A stretch of DNA of 64,000 nt, from assembly GCA_028821265.1 (NCBI GenBank), contig JAPPGU010000008.1, positions 36,446 through 100,445 of the forward strand. The letters are read 5' to 3'. This DNA is from a bacterium. GTDB lineage: Bacteria; Actinomycetota; Acidimicrobiia; Spongiisociales; Spongiisociaceae. The position numbers were made by a program, and so were the translations under genes. A model generated the notes under the pieces. It had not been told where the DNA came from. It saw nothing but the letters and a program-made list of their open reading frames with translations, and did not search any database. Positions within the stretch are counted from its first letter, which is position 1; each line of letters begins with the position of its first letter. Shown piece by piece: positions 10,115 to 19,701 of this stretch.

Positions 10115-10449
10115 GCCGTTGGCTCTTCTCCGGCTGCCTCCCGCCGGCGGGAGGAGGCCTCCTCCTTGATGGCGGATATCTTCGCGCTGGCCCTCTGCCG
10201 GGAGCGGGGATGGCTCTCCCATGCGGTGCGGTAGTCGAAGGTCCCGTCGTGGCCGCAGGTCAGCAGATCGGCTTCGGGGTCCGCCGCTATCTGGTTGCGA
10301 CACCTGAACAACGCCGTGCAAAGGTCGTGGCGGTCCCGGTAGGGGCAGCGGGTGCGGGATGACACCTCGGCATGGCCGACGATATCGGTGAAGAGGCGGC
10401 CGATCCGGTCGAGCCGTTCCTGGAAGGCCTGCTGGTCTTGGTCCGCCAT
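10111..10449 (-). CDS. Hypothetical small Cys-rich protein (112 aa) embedded in the corrinoid methyltransferase operon
   Basis: Fits exactly between the corrinoid protein stop (10470) and the RACE start (10114). High GC3. Five Cys (RCPYRDRHDLCTALFRCRNQ…LTCGHDG). No family recognised. Confidence 0.4.
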   Translation of the reverse strand: MADQDQQAFQERLDRIGRLFTDIVGHAEVSSRTRCPYRDRHDLCTALFRCRNQIAADPEADLLTCGHDGTFDYRTAWESHPRSRQRASAKISAIKEEASSRRREAAGEEPTA

Positions 10450-10469
10450 GGCGTGGCTCGGGTGAAGGT

Positions 10470-11222
10470 TCAGCGGCGGACTTCGAGCGCCAACTGCTTG
10501 GCCAGCGCCACGCAGGCCAAGGCGTCCTTGCCGTAGCCGTCCGACCCCACCTCTTCACCGAACTCCGGAGTCACCGGAGCTCCACCCACCATGAACCGCA
10601 CCTGCTCCCGGAGGCCGGCGTCCTTGAAGGCCTCCACCGTCCTGGCCATGTTAGGCATGGTGGTGGTGAGGAGGGCCGACATACCGATCAGGCGGGCCTC
10701 GCTGTCCTTGACAGCGGCGAGGAACTCGTCCGGCGAGGTGTTGACGCCGAGGTCGATCACCGTGAACCCGCCGCCGCGGAGCATCATGATGCAGAGGTTC
10801 TTGCCGATGTCGTGCAAGTCGCCCTGGACGGTCCCCATGATGACGGTACCGATCGGTTCCACTCCTGACGCGGCCAGGATCGGCTCGATATGGGCCATAC
10901 CGGCCTTCATGGCCCGGGCCGACACCAGTACCTCGGGGACGAAGACGTAGCCCTCCCGGAACTTGATGCCCACGATGCCCATGCCGGCGATCAGGCCGTC
11001 GTCCATGATCTCCAAGGCATGCACGCCGTCCGCGAGGGCCGCGACGGTGAGCCGGTCCACGGTCTCGTTGTCCCCCTCGATGAGGGCGGCGGCGATGTCC
11101 TGCATGGCCGGAGAGGCGCGGCTGAACAACTCCACGTTGCGTTCGATCTCTTCGGGCCGTTCGAGGAACTCCTCGATCTCGGCCCGTATCGTCTCGTTCG
11201 CTATACCGGATAGCTGAACCAT
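10470..11222 (-). CDS. Corrinoid (B12-binding) protein, MtmC/MtbC/OdmA-like
   Basis: N-terminal B12-binding-2 helical cap plus Rossmann B12-binding domain with DxHxxG motif (QGDLHDIGKN) and …GMSALLTTTMP…. Confidence 0.85.
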   Translation of the reverse strand: MVQLSGIANETIRAEIEEFLERPEEIERNVELFSRASPAMQDIAAALIEGDNETVDRLTVAALADGVHALEIMDDGLIAGMGIVGIKFREGYVFVPEVLVSARAMKAGMAHIEPILAASGVEPIGTVIMGTVQGDLHDIGKNLCIMMLRGGGFTVIDLGVNTSPDEFLAAVKDSEARLIGMSALLTTTMPNMARTVEAFKDAGLREQVRFMVGGAPVTPEFGEEVGSDGYGKDALACVALAKQLALEVRR

Positions 11223-11351
11223 TGGAATCGGTCAATCCTGCTTAATCGGTTGGAAGCGGTTTCTGGGAGACCCTTACGAACTCGGAAAGGCTACCCCGAT
11301 CAGGTCGGGCAGGCAAAGGTGGCGCGGACCGGCGATCTCCCGTCGGCCGGG

Positions 11352-12449
11352 CTAGCCGTCACCACCGGCCTCCGGCGGATCGTGGACCACGAACCGGCCA
11401 TCCGGGCGGTGCGCGTTGGAATAGTCCCGGGCGGAGTCGGCCAGCGCCGCCAGGACCTCCATCTTCGTCCCGAGCGGTACCGAGCCCTCGGGCGCCACTC
11501 CCTGCACCCCGGCGTTGAGCACGGTCATGCAGGCCTCGTAGCAGTCCTCGTAGTTGCCGCTGAACAGGATGGTCGGGTTGTTGATGTTCCCGAACAGCGA
11601 CATGCGGTCACCGGCGATCTCCTTCGCCTTGACCGGATCGACCTGGGACTCGAAGTGGAAGCAGTCCCAGCCCGCCTCGGCGAAGTAGTCGATGCGATCG
11701 GTGGTCTCGCCACAGCAGTGGAGGATGCTGGGACCGCCCACCTCGGCCTGGATCTGCTGATGCATCTCGAGGAGGAAGTCACGGTACATGTCGGGGCTGA
11801 CCAGTTCCCGGTTGGCGTGATCGCACCACATGATGGCGTCGGCCCCGGCTTCGAGCTGGGCATGGGCGGACATCATCGACGCCGGCAGCAGGACCTCCAG
11901 GTAACGGCGGATCTTGTCGGGGTCGAGGATGGTGTCCATCAGGAAGTTCTCGATACCGACCATATGGAAGCCCACCGACCAGGCTCCGTAGACCTTGCCG
12001 ACGATGCCCACGTCCGGGTAGCGCTTCCTGAGCAGGCGGATGGCGCCGAGGGCCGCCTTGAACGAGCGGCGCTCCAGGTAGTCGGAGGGGACCTTGAAGT
12101 CCTCGGGGTCGGTCAGGACGTGATCGTCGACCGCCGGCCAGTTGTCCTTGGTGCCCCACCAGGTCGAGGCGTCGAGGGCGTCGGCCTCGAGTTGGGAGTG
12201 GAAGACGGGCATCACCGTGTCGAGTCCCAGGTTCTCGTGGGCGGTGGCCGCCAGGCGGGCCATCTTCTCGGCGTCCAGATGGGCCTCCGGAAACTCGGCG
12301 TCGGCGATCTCCATAGCCTCGAGGGTGATCACCGAACTCAGGGTCATGGCCGGGACCTTGTCGACCCGGCCCCCGTACAGGGCCGACAGGAAACGCCGGC
12401 GGGGGGTCATCCATTCGCCGCTGAGTCGGGGGTACTGCTGTTCGGTCAT
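11352..12449 (-). CDS. Uroporphyrinogen-decarboxylase-family methyltransferase (substrate:corrinoid methyltransferase, MT-I; MtaA/CmuA/OdmB-like)
   Basis: 365-aa URO-D fold (…ILHCCGETTDRIDYFAEAGWDCFHFESQVD…) typical of corrinoid-dependent MT-I enzymes. First gene of the minus-strand operon. Confidence 0.75.
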   Translation of the reverse strand: MTEQQYPRLSGEWMTPRRRFLSALYGGRVDKVPAMTLSSVITLEAMEIADAEFPEAHLDAEKMARLAATAHENLGLDTVMPVFHSQLEADALDASTWWGTKDNWPAVDDHVLTDPEDFKVPSDYLERRSFKAALGAIRLLRKRYPDVGIVGKVYGAWSVGFHMVGIENFLMDTILDPDKIRRYLEVLLPASMMSAHAQLEAGADAIMWCDHANRELVSPDMYRDFLLEMHQQIQAEVGGPSILHCCGETTDRIDYFAEAGWDCFHFESQVDPVKAKEIAGDRMSLFGNINNPTILFSGNYEDCYEACMTVLNAGVQGVAPEGSVPLGTKMEVLAALADSARDYSNAHRPDGRFVVHDPPEAGGDG

Positions 12450-12647
12450 GCTTGCCTCTTTGCCTTGCTCTGGTGGAGTCCTGCCCGGTAAGTCGGATGC
12501 GTCGAAGATAGTAGTTGCCTCCTGCGTAGCCAGGCGCCACGAGCGAGGGCTGGGGCGGTGACGGGACCGGACCGTTCTCAGCGGTGGCTTGCCCGTGTCC
12601 GGCTAGGGACAGCGCGGGGATAGACTCGGCGACCAGGGAGGTTTGAC

Positions 12648-13886
12648 GTGAGCAAAGAGAGAGAGCACGCCAAACGCGACGGCTCATGGGAGGAAGGCTC
12701 CACCGGGTTCGCGGAGCTGGGCGACCTGTTGCGGTCCGGCTTCAGTGACGGCCGCGACGGAGGGTCGGCGGCCGGTGCCGAACTCCGCTCGGCCTGGAGC
12801 GGCTTCGTGGATGCCGCCCGCGACCTGGGCCAGGCGCTGGCGGCGACCGCCAACGACCCCGAGGTCCGGGCGGCTATGAAGAGCGCCATGCAGACCGTGG
12901 TCGAGACGGTCGGGACCGCTGCTCGGGACGTCGCCGACACCGCCGCCGAACGCGTGAGGCAAACCGCAGAGAGACGCAAAGGGGAGGCCGGAGACGCGGA
13001 GGGTGGCACCGAGGGTCCGGCCCGGCCCCTTGTCACGTGTAGCTGGCTGGCCGACCATCTGGACGACCCCGGCGTGCGGATCGTGGATACCCGGTGGTTC
13101 CTGGGACAGCCCGGCGCCGGAAAGCTCCGGTACGAGGAGGATCACGTCCCCGGCGCCGTGTTCCTGGACCTCGACGATGACCTGGCGGCCTCCGAGGGTC
13201 CCGGCCGCCACCCTCTCCTATCCCCGGACGACCTGGCCGACCTGCTGGGCCGCCACGGGATCGGCAACGAGCACCACGTGGTGGTCTACGACCAAGGGCC
13301 CGGGGCCATAGCCGCCCGCCTCTGGTGGATGCTCCGCAGCGTCGGTCACGAACGCGTGAGCGTGCTCGACGGCGGGTACGGTCGCTGGTCTAGCCAGGAC
13401 CACCCGCTCACCACGGACCCGCCCGACGTCGTTCCCACTACCTACGAGACCGAGGAAGGCTCCACGCTCACCGTCGATCGCGACCAGCTGCTCGACCGCC
13501 TGGGAACCGCGCAGGTGATAGATGCCCGGGAACCGGAGCGCTACCGGGGCGAGACGGAGCCGATCGACAGCGTGGCCGGTCACATCCCTACCGCCCTATC
13601 GGCTCCCACCGCCGGAAACGTCGGCCCGGACGGCACCTTCAAGCCGGCTCACGTGCTGGCGGCCCGGTTCTTCGAGATGGGCCTGGAGAAGGATGAGCCG
13701 GTGATCAGCTACTGCGGAAGCGGGGTCACCGCCTGCCACAACCTCCTGGCCCTCCACATCGCCGGTTACCCGGAAGGCATCCTGTACCCCGGATCCTGGT
13801 CCGACTGGTCCGCCAGCGGGATGCCGGTAGCAGTGGGCCCCGACCCCGGCCCACCGCCGGAGCACCACCCAGGCGACGTCGCCTGA
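12648..13886 (+). CDS. Rhodanese-domain sulfurtransferase (thiosulfate/3-mercaptopyruvate sulfurtransferase-like) with ~125-aa N-terminal low-complexity extension
   Basis: Tandem rhodanese domains with active-site CGSGVTA. The upstream 125 aa (Ala/Glu/Arg-rich, high GC3) are in frame with no stop. Confidence 0.7.
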   Translation: MSKEREHAKRDGSWEEGSTGFAELGDLLRSGFSDGRDGGSAAGAELRSAWSGFVDAARDLGQALAATANDPEVRAAMKSAMQTVVETVGTAARDVADTAAERVRQTAERRKGEAGDAEGGTEGPARPLVTCSWLADHLDDPGVRIVDTRWFLGQPGAGKLRYEEDHVPGAVFLDLDDDLAASEGPGRHPLLSPDDLADLLGRHGIGNEHHVVVYDQGPGAIAARLWWMLRSVGHERVSVLDGGYGRWSSQDHPLTTDPPDVVPTTYETEEGSTLTVDRDQLLDRLGTAQVIDAREPERYRGETEPIDSVAGHIPTALSAPTAGNVGPDGTFKPAHVLAARFFEMGLEKDEPVISYCGSGVTACHNLLALHIAGYPEGILYPGSWSDWSASGMPVAVGPDPGPPPEHHPGDVA

Positions 13887-13952
13887 CGACTCACTTGCTG
13901 CCGGAGGCGGGGCGCGACCGCAGGTAGCAGCTATCGTGCGACGATCCGACCC

Positions 13953-14891
13953 TTGAACACATTCCGGTCATGGGTGGCCTCCCGCACGAGCCGCCCGAAG
14001 CGGATCAGACGGGTTGTCATACCGGTGGTGATCCTCGCGCTGATCTATGCGGCCGTGTCCTTCTACATCGCTGACAGCGCGCTCGACGCCGAAGCGAACC
14101 CACTCGACGAACACCCTCAGGACTTCGCCCTGCACTACGAGGAGGTCGAGTTCACCCCGCGCGGTTGGCCCACGACCGTCCTTCGAGGGTGGTGGTTACC
14201 GGCCCCTGACGCCCGCGCGACGGTGATCCGCGTGCATGGCATCGACAGCAACCGCAGCTCCATGCTGGCCATGGCCCCTACTCTGATCGAGAGCGGCTAC
14301 TCGGTGCTCGCCTTCGACCTGCGGGGCCACGGCGAGTCCGATCAGGCCCAGATGGGCGCCGGAGTCCACGAGCAAGACGACCTGCTGGGCGCGGTCGACT
14401 ACCTGGTCCGCGAACGCGGGGCGGAGGCCGGAGCGATCTTCCTGCATGGCAATTCCTACGGCGCGGCGATCGCCCTGATGTCAGGATGGCGCGAACCCGC
14501 CGTCGCCGGGGTCTTCGCCGACTCGTCCTTCGCCTCGCTGTCCGATCTGGTAGTCCAGGAGGTAGCGCGGCGCACCTCCGCGCCCTCCTGGCTGGCTTCC
14601 GTCCTGCGGCCGGGTGTGATCCTGATGGCTCGCCTCTCCAAGGGCATCGACATCGAGGGGGTGTACCCGGCGGGCGACGCCGCCAGATACTCCTACGCCA
14701 TCGGTCTTGCCCACTGCGAAATGGATGACCGCATCCCGATCAGCCACCTGGAACGCATCCGGACCGGGCTCCGGCACACGCCACGACTCACCGTCTACGA
14801 AGGCTGCGCCCACGGCGACGCCTGGGACGACTACCCAGGTCGCTACGAGGCAGCCCTTATCGCCTATCTCGACGAGCGGCTGGGACTCTGA
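13953..14891 (+). CDS. Alpha/beta hydrolase with N-terminal membrane anchor
   Basis: N-terminal TM; HGIDSNRS…LRGHGESD…LHGNSYGAAIA (GxSxG nucleophile elbow). Confidence 0.7.
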   Translation: MNTFRSWVASRTSRPKRIRRVVIPVVILALIYAAVSFYIADSALDAEANPLDEHPQDFALHYEEVEFTPRGWPTTVLRGWWLPAPDARATVIRVHGIDSNRSSMLAMAPTLIESGYSVLAFDLRGHGESDQAQMGAGVHEQDDLLGAVDYLVRERGAEAGAIFLHGNSYGAAIALMSGWREPAVAGVFADSSFASLSDLVVQEVARRTSAPSWLASVLRPGVILMARLSKGIDIEGVYPAGDAARYSYAIGLAHCEMDDRIPISHLERIRTGLRHTPRLTVYEGCAHGDAWDDYPGRYEAALIAYLDERLGL

Positions 14892-15020
14892 TCGGGCGAG
14901 CTCCCGAGGTGGATCGCGGTCACCGATTCCAAGGCTCGCTTTGACGGTCGCGTGTGCACGTCGGGCGGTACTGTCGAACCGACGTCTGCGAGCCGGACTC
15001 GGCATGTGAAGGAGCTGACC

Positions 15021-15980
15021 ATGGTGGACTTCGATGATCGTCTCGATGAAGCGCACAAGGCCGTTCTCGAGATGATTCCGGATGCCCTCCTGGATCTCAC
15101 GGACATACCCAAGGCGCGGCAAGCGCTCGACGGCTTCATCGCCGCCAGGGTCGCACAGGCTCCTGTGTTTCCCGGCGTTGAGGTCGGGGACCACTGGGCT
15201 CCTGGGGCGGACGGGGACCCGGATGTGATGGTTCGGGTCTACACACCGTCAGGTCTGGACGCTGGTGCACCGGCTCTCTACTGGATCCATGGCGGCGGAA
15301 TGGTGATGGGAAGTGTCACCAGGAACGACATCGAATGCAAGGGTTGGGCCACCGACATGCGGTGCGTGGTGGCGTCCGTGGAGTACCGCCTCGCCCCCGA
15401 GAATCCGCATCCCGCGCCGATCGAGGACTGCTTCGCCGGGCTGGCGTGGTTGGTGTCCAACGCGGAGAGCCTCGGAGTCGACGCCGATCGGATAGCGGTG
15501 GGTGGCGCCTCCGCAGGGGGTGGACTGGCGGCTGCCCTGGCCCTGGTTGCGAGGGATCGGGGTGTTGACATCATCTTCCAGCAGTTGATCTGCCCCATGC
15601 TGGACGACCGCAACATCACCCGTTCCAGTCATTGGGTCCAGCATCCCAAGGTATGGAACCGGGCGGCGAACATCGCCGGCTGGAGCGCCCTGCTGGGCAA
15701 GCCGGCCGGTTCCGATGACGTCTCTCCCTACGCTTCCCCCGCCCGAGCCGAGGACCTGTCCGGGCTGGCGCCGGCCTTCATCATCATCGGGGACCTGGAC
15801 CTGTTCGTGGACGAGTCCATCGAGTACGCCCAGCGGCTGGCCGCGGCCGGCGTGCCGACCGAGCTGCACGTACTCCCAGGGGCAGTCCACGGCACGCAGT
15901 TCTACCTCCCGACGGCGGAAATAAGCATGCGTTGGAAGGCCCTCGAGGCGGACGCACTGCGTGTGGCCCTCCACGGGTAG
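15021..15980 (+). CDS. Alpha/beta-hydrolase fold-3 esterase/lipase (HSL family)
   Basis: HGGG oxyanion motif (LYWIHGGGMVMGS) and GGASAGG nucleophile. Start ATG 15021 preceded by GAAGGAG RBS. Confidence 0.8.
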   Translation: MVDFDDRLDEAHKAVLEMIPDALLDLTDIPKARQALDGFIAARVAQAPVFPGVEVGDHWAPGADGDPDVMVRVYTPSGLDAGAPALYWIHGGGMVMGSVTRNDIECKGWATDMRCVVASVEYRLAPENPHPAPIEDCFAGLAWLVSNAESLGVDADRIAVGGASAGGGLAAALALVARDRGVDIIFQQLICPMLDDRNITRSSHWVQHPKVWNRAANIAGWSALLGKPAGSDDVSPYASPARAEDLSGLAPAFIIIGDLDLFVDESIEYAQRLAAAGVPTELHVLPGAVHGTQFYLPTAEISMRWKALEADALRVALHG

Positions 15981-16045
15981 GGAGATCCAGGGCCCGTCAT
16001 GGTCGGGCAGCGGCTTGATAGAGGGGCTGGGCCGGCGAGGTATGG

Positions 16046-16672
16046 ATGGCGAGGATGTGGCAAGATCGGGGGGACATGACGGATTCTGGGAGCATCACCG
16101 GGGACCTGCCCGAGGGCGTAGAGGAAGAGTTCACCTCTGTGGCGGGGCAGTTGCTGGTGGCCATGCCGGGGATGGTCGATCCCAACTTCAACCGGACGGT
16201 GGTGCTGATGATCGAGCACACCCCGGAGGGGGCGGTCGGCTTGGTGCTGAACCGGCCCACGGAGGCCGATCTGCTGGATCACCTACCGGGGTGGTGGTCC
16301 GCTGCGGCGAACCCACGTGTCGTGTTCGTGGGCGGCCCGGTCGGCGAAGGCGGCGGTCTGGGTCTGGCCAGGGGCGCCGGGGCGCAGCCGCTGGAGGGCT
16401 GGCCGGAAGTGGTGGGTGTCCAGGTGGTCGATCTGGAAGCCGAGCCTGACGTGGACTCCGGACTGGAGGCCCGGGTCTTCTCCGGTTACAGCGGATGGGG
16501 CCCCGGGCAACTCGAATCGGAACTGGAGGCCAGCGGATGGTTCGTGGTCGACGGCCAGCCCGAGGACGCGTTCACGTCCCAACCGGAGAATCTGTGGGAA
16601 GAGGTACTGAGGCGGGCCGGAGGCCGGTACGCCTTCTTCTCCACCTACCCGGAGAACCCCCGGCTCAACTAG
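16046..16672 (+). CDS. YqgE/AlgH family protein (UPF0301)
   Basis: …LLVAMPGMVDPNFNRTVVLMIEHTPEGAVGLVLNRPT… is a characteristic YqgE/AlgH signature. Confidence 0.75.
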   Translation: MARMWQDRGDMTDSGSITGDLPEGVEEEFTSVAGQLLVAMPGMVDPNFNRTVVLMIEHTPEGAVGLVLNRPTEADLLDHLPGWWSAAANPRVVFVGGPVGEGGGLGLARGAGAQPLEGWPEVVGVQVVDLEAEPDVDSGLEARVFSGYSGWGPGQLESELEASGWFVVDGQPEDAFTSQPENLWEEVLRRAGGRYAFFSTYPENPRLN

Positions 16673-16755
16673 AGGTCTGCCAGCGGCGGCGTTCCTCACC
16701 TGCCCGCAGGTTGCGTGGGGGTATGCCCACCATTGGTAACTAGGGTATCCCGACA

Positions 16756-17817
16756 GTGCGTTCGACCGACCCGGATACCCTCAAGGAATACACCCTCAGG
16801 ATCTGGCATTACAAGCAGGGCGAGGTTGTCAGCCTCATGGTCCACCTCGGGGATCGGCTCGGCCTCTACCGGGCTATGGCCGGAGGCCAGGAGATGACCT
16901 CCGGTGAGTTGGCCGAGCGTACCGACCTGTCGGAGCGCTGGGTCCGCGAGTGGCTCCTCGGCCAGGCCGCGGCCGGGCTGATCGACCGCACCCCGGAGAA
17001 CGGGTTCTCGCTCAGCCCAGAGGGCGAGCAGGTGATGGTCGATGAAGACGCCATGTCCTTCGCGGCCGGTGCCTTCATCGGAGGGTTCCATCCCGAGCGC
17101 ATCGACGAGATGGTCAACGCCTTCCGCACCGGCATCGGCATCACCTACCACCGGATGGGGGAGCCGGTGGCCCGCCAGGTGGACCGCATGAACAGGGTCG
17201 GGGTGGGTCCCTTCCTGCTGGAGCGGGTCCTGCCCTCCGTGGACGGCCTGGTAGGGAAGCTGGAGGCCGGGTGCCGGGTGGCCGAAGTGGGGAGCGGAGG
17301 GGGCATCGCCCTCCGAACCCTGGCCGAACGATTCCCGGCCTGCACCGTGGATGGCTACGAACCCTCCGGTATCGCCTGCTCCCGGGCCAGGCAACGCATC
17401 CGCCACCTGCCCAACGCCACCATCCACGAGACCGGCGGCGAGAACCTGGCGGGTGAGGGCCGCTACGACCTGGCGCTGGCCCTCGACTGCATGCATGACG
17501 CGCCCTTCCCGGATCGCATCGCAGCCGCGGTCCGGCGATCCCTGAAGGACGACGGGGTGTGGCTGATCAAGGACACGTATTGCTACGAGACCTTCGAGGA
17601 CAACCTGAGGAACCCCATGCTGGCCATGCAGTACGGCTACAGCCTGTCGGGGTGCCTGCTCTCGGCCGCCTCCCAGGAGGGCGCCGCCGGGCTCGGCACC
17701 CTAGGATTCCACCCTGCCGAAGCGGAGCGCATCGTGAGGAGTGCCGGCTTCACCTCTTTCCGCATGTTCCGCCTCGAAGACGATCCCATCCACAACTACT
17801 ACGAGGTCCGTCCTTGA
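16756..17817 (+). CDS. Class I SAM-dependent methyltransferase with N-terminal winged-helix domain (Rv2258c-like)
   Basis: Motif I VAEVGSGGGIAL; N-terminal wHTH-like dimerisation region. Confidence 0.6.
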   Translation: MRSTDPDTLKEYTLRIWHYKQGEVVSLMVHLGDRLGLYRAMAGGQEMTSGELAERTDLSERWVREWLLGQAAAGLIDRTPENGFSLSPEGEQVMVDEDAMSFAAGAFIGGFHPERIDEMVNAFRTGIGITYHRMGEPVARQVDRMNRVGVGPFLLERVLPSVDGLVGKLEAGCRVAEVGSGGGIALRTLAERFPACTVDGYEPSGIACSRARQRIRHLPNATIHETGGENLAGEGRYDLALALDCMHDAPFPDRIAAAVRRSLKDDGVWLIKDTYCYETFEDNLRNPMLAMQYGYSLSGCLLSAASQEGAAGLGTLGFHPAEAERIVRSAGFTSFRMFRLEDDPIHNYYEVRP

Positions 17818-17848
17818 CCCCACTCGCCCGCGAGGGGAAGCGCCGCCC

Positions 17849-18427
17849 ATGGCAGTAGACATCGCCGGCTTCATCACCGACATGAAGGCTCATGCGGTAG
17901 ACCACGGGTTCCACGTGCACGCCGAGCGCCACTTCATCGAGTCCTTCTCGCTGGGCCAGGCCTGGGAGGTGGACCTGCATCCTGAGGAGGCCTGCGAGGG
18001 ACCGCTCGAGATGCTGATGGTGCTGGAGGTGGAGCCCCGGGTGATCCTGGCCTTCGAGGACCTGATGGCGCAGCATCTCGAGATGGACGAGGAGCAGGAA
18101 CGCCAGCTGGAGCTGCCCCTGTTCTTCAAGTGGGCCTTGCCGCCGCTGCCCAACCCTCCCGATCTCCTCATCCTCGCCACCGAACTGGCCGGGGTCTCGG
18201 GCACGACCCTGCCGGTGGAGGTGTCCGCCACCGACACCTACATGTCGGTGACCGACCCGGCCCGGCGCAGCCTGTCGCTGGTGGGCCGGCTCGACTTCCG
18301 GCTCCGGGACATGTTCATGCGGGAGGTCAACGTGTGCGACGTCCTCGAGTGCGCCCACGGCCTGAGCATGTGGCTCCTGGAACAGTCGGAGTCCTGGCTG
18401 GAGGGACTGGAACCCCCCGGCCTCTGA
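17849..18427 (+). CDS. Hypothetical acidic protein
   Basis: High-GC3 ORF beginning MAVDIAGF. No recognisable family. Confidence 0.4.
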   Translation: MAVDIAGFITDMKAHAVDHGFHVHAERHFIESFSLGQAWEVDLHPEEACEGPLEMLMVLEVEPRVILAFEDLMAQHLEMDEEQERQLELPLFFKWALPPLPNPPDLLILATELAGVSGTTLPVEVSATDTYMSVTDPARRSLSLVGRLDFRLRDMFMREVNVCDVLECAHGLSMWLLEQSESWLEGLEPPGL

Positions 18428-18451
18428 GACCTGCCGGGACCGGGATGGACG

Positions 18452-19552
18452 TCAGGAGCGGCGTCGGCGCAGAACCAGGTCGAGATCCTCTACGAAGCGT
18501 TGGTTCTCGGACTCGGTGCCTATGGACACCCGCGTCCACTCCTCTGTTCCCTTGCGAATGAGGGTGCCCATCTCCAGGAGTTCCTGGACTATCCCCGGCG
18601 TGCCGGGGCCGAGCCGGAACCAGATGAAGTTGGCCTGGGTGGGAACGTACCGGATGCCCCGGTCGGACAGGGCGCCCTCGAGGCATTCGACTCCCCGGCG
18701 GTTGAGCTCGAACCTTTCCCTCACCCGCTCGGGATAGCGAAGGGCGGTAACGGCGGCCACCTCGGCCAGGGAGTTGACCACGAAGGGACTCTGCGCCTTT
18801 CGGAGCGATCGGAGCGTGGCGGTCTGGCCGACCATGTAACCGACCCGGAGGCCCGCCAGCCCGTAGATCTTGGAGAAGGTGCGGGCTACCACCACGTTGG
18901 GGCGTTCGACGGCGAGGGAGACGAGGCTGGAATCCTCCTCCGCCGCCACGAACTCCCCGTAGGCCTCGTCGACCAGCACGAGGACCGACTCGGGAACCCG
19001 ATCGGCGAACTCGTGGATCTCAGCCCGGGTCACGTAGCTCCCCGTCGGGTTGTTCGGATTGCAGATGGTCACGAGGGTGGTGTCCTCCCGGACCGCGCTG
19101 TACATCGCCCCGAGGTCGGCCCTGAGGGCTCCGTCCAGCGGGACCATGATGCTCTCCGCGTCGGCGTACACCGCGTTGATGGGGTACATGGCGAACGAGG
19201 GCCACGGGTAGACGATGCTGGTCCCCGGGCCTCCCACAGCCCGGGCCGTCGTGGTGAGGTTCTCCGAGCTACCGGCGCCGGGCCACACGCAGTCCGGGGT
19301 GATGCCCAGGGTCTCGGCCAGAGCCTCTCTCAGGCGGACCGTGCCCGCATCCGGGTACCGGTGGATGCCTGCGGCGGCCGCCGAGATGGCGTCCAGAACC
19401 TCGGGAAAGGGAGGAGTCGGGTACTCGTTGCCGGCCAGCATGGCAATCCCTCTGGCGCCGAAACGGTGGGCGAACTCCTCGAAGCCGGGGCCGCCGTCGT
19501 ATGGAACGAGGTCATCGATGGCGGCTCGTATGCGGACCACTGACGGGAGCAT
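18452..19552 (-). CDS. Class II (PLP) aminotransferase, histidinol-phosphate aminotransferase-like
   Basis: …ICNPNNPTG…FSKIYGLAGLRVGY… The Lys in SKIYG is the PLP-Lys context. Confidence 0.75.
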   Translation of the reverse strand: MLPSVVRIRAAIDDLVPYDGGPGFEEFAHRFGARGIAMLAGNEYPTPPFPEVLDAISAAAAGIHRYPDAGTVRLREALAETLGITPDCVWPGAGSSENLTTTARAVGGPGTSIVYPWPSFAMYPINAVYADAESIMVPLDGALRADLGAMYSAVREDTTLVTICNPNNPTGSYVTRAEIHEFADRVPESVLVLVDEAYGEFVAAEEDSSLVSLAVERPNVVVARTFSKIYGLAGLRVGYMVGQTATLRSLRKAQSPFVVNSLAEVAAVTALRYPERVRERFELNRRGVECLEGALSDRGIRYVPTQANFIWFRLGPGTPGIVQELLEMGTLIRKGTEEWTRVSIGTESENQRFVEDLDLVLRRRRS

Positions 19553-19701
19553 AGTGAGACAGACGGTGACCGAGCCAGGGTCTCCGAACCGCGCCCTGCG
19601 GGAAACTTTTCGCTCGCCCCGATGGTCATAAACAAGTCGAGCGCTTTGGAGCCCGGCCGTAGACTCGGCGGATAGCGGGCGGGGGGCCTTGCCTCCCTAA
19701 A

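Noticed and set aside
12450-12647. Possible cobalamin riboswitch upstream of the corrinoid methyltransferase operon (AAGCCACCGCTG resembles a B12 box)
   Set aside because: Only a 6/7 match to GCCACTG and none of the other conserved riboswitch blocks. B12 riboswitches normally control B12 uptake or synthesis, not B12-using enzymes.
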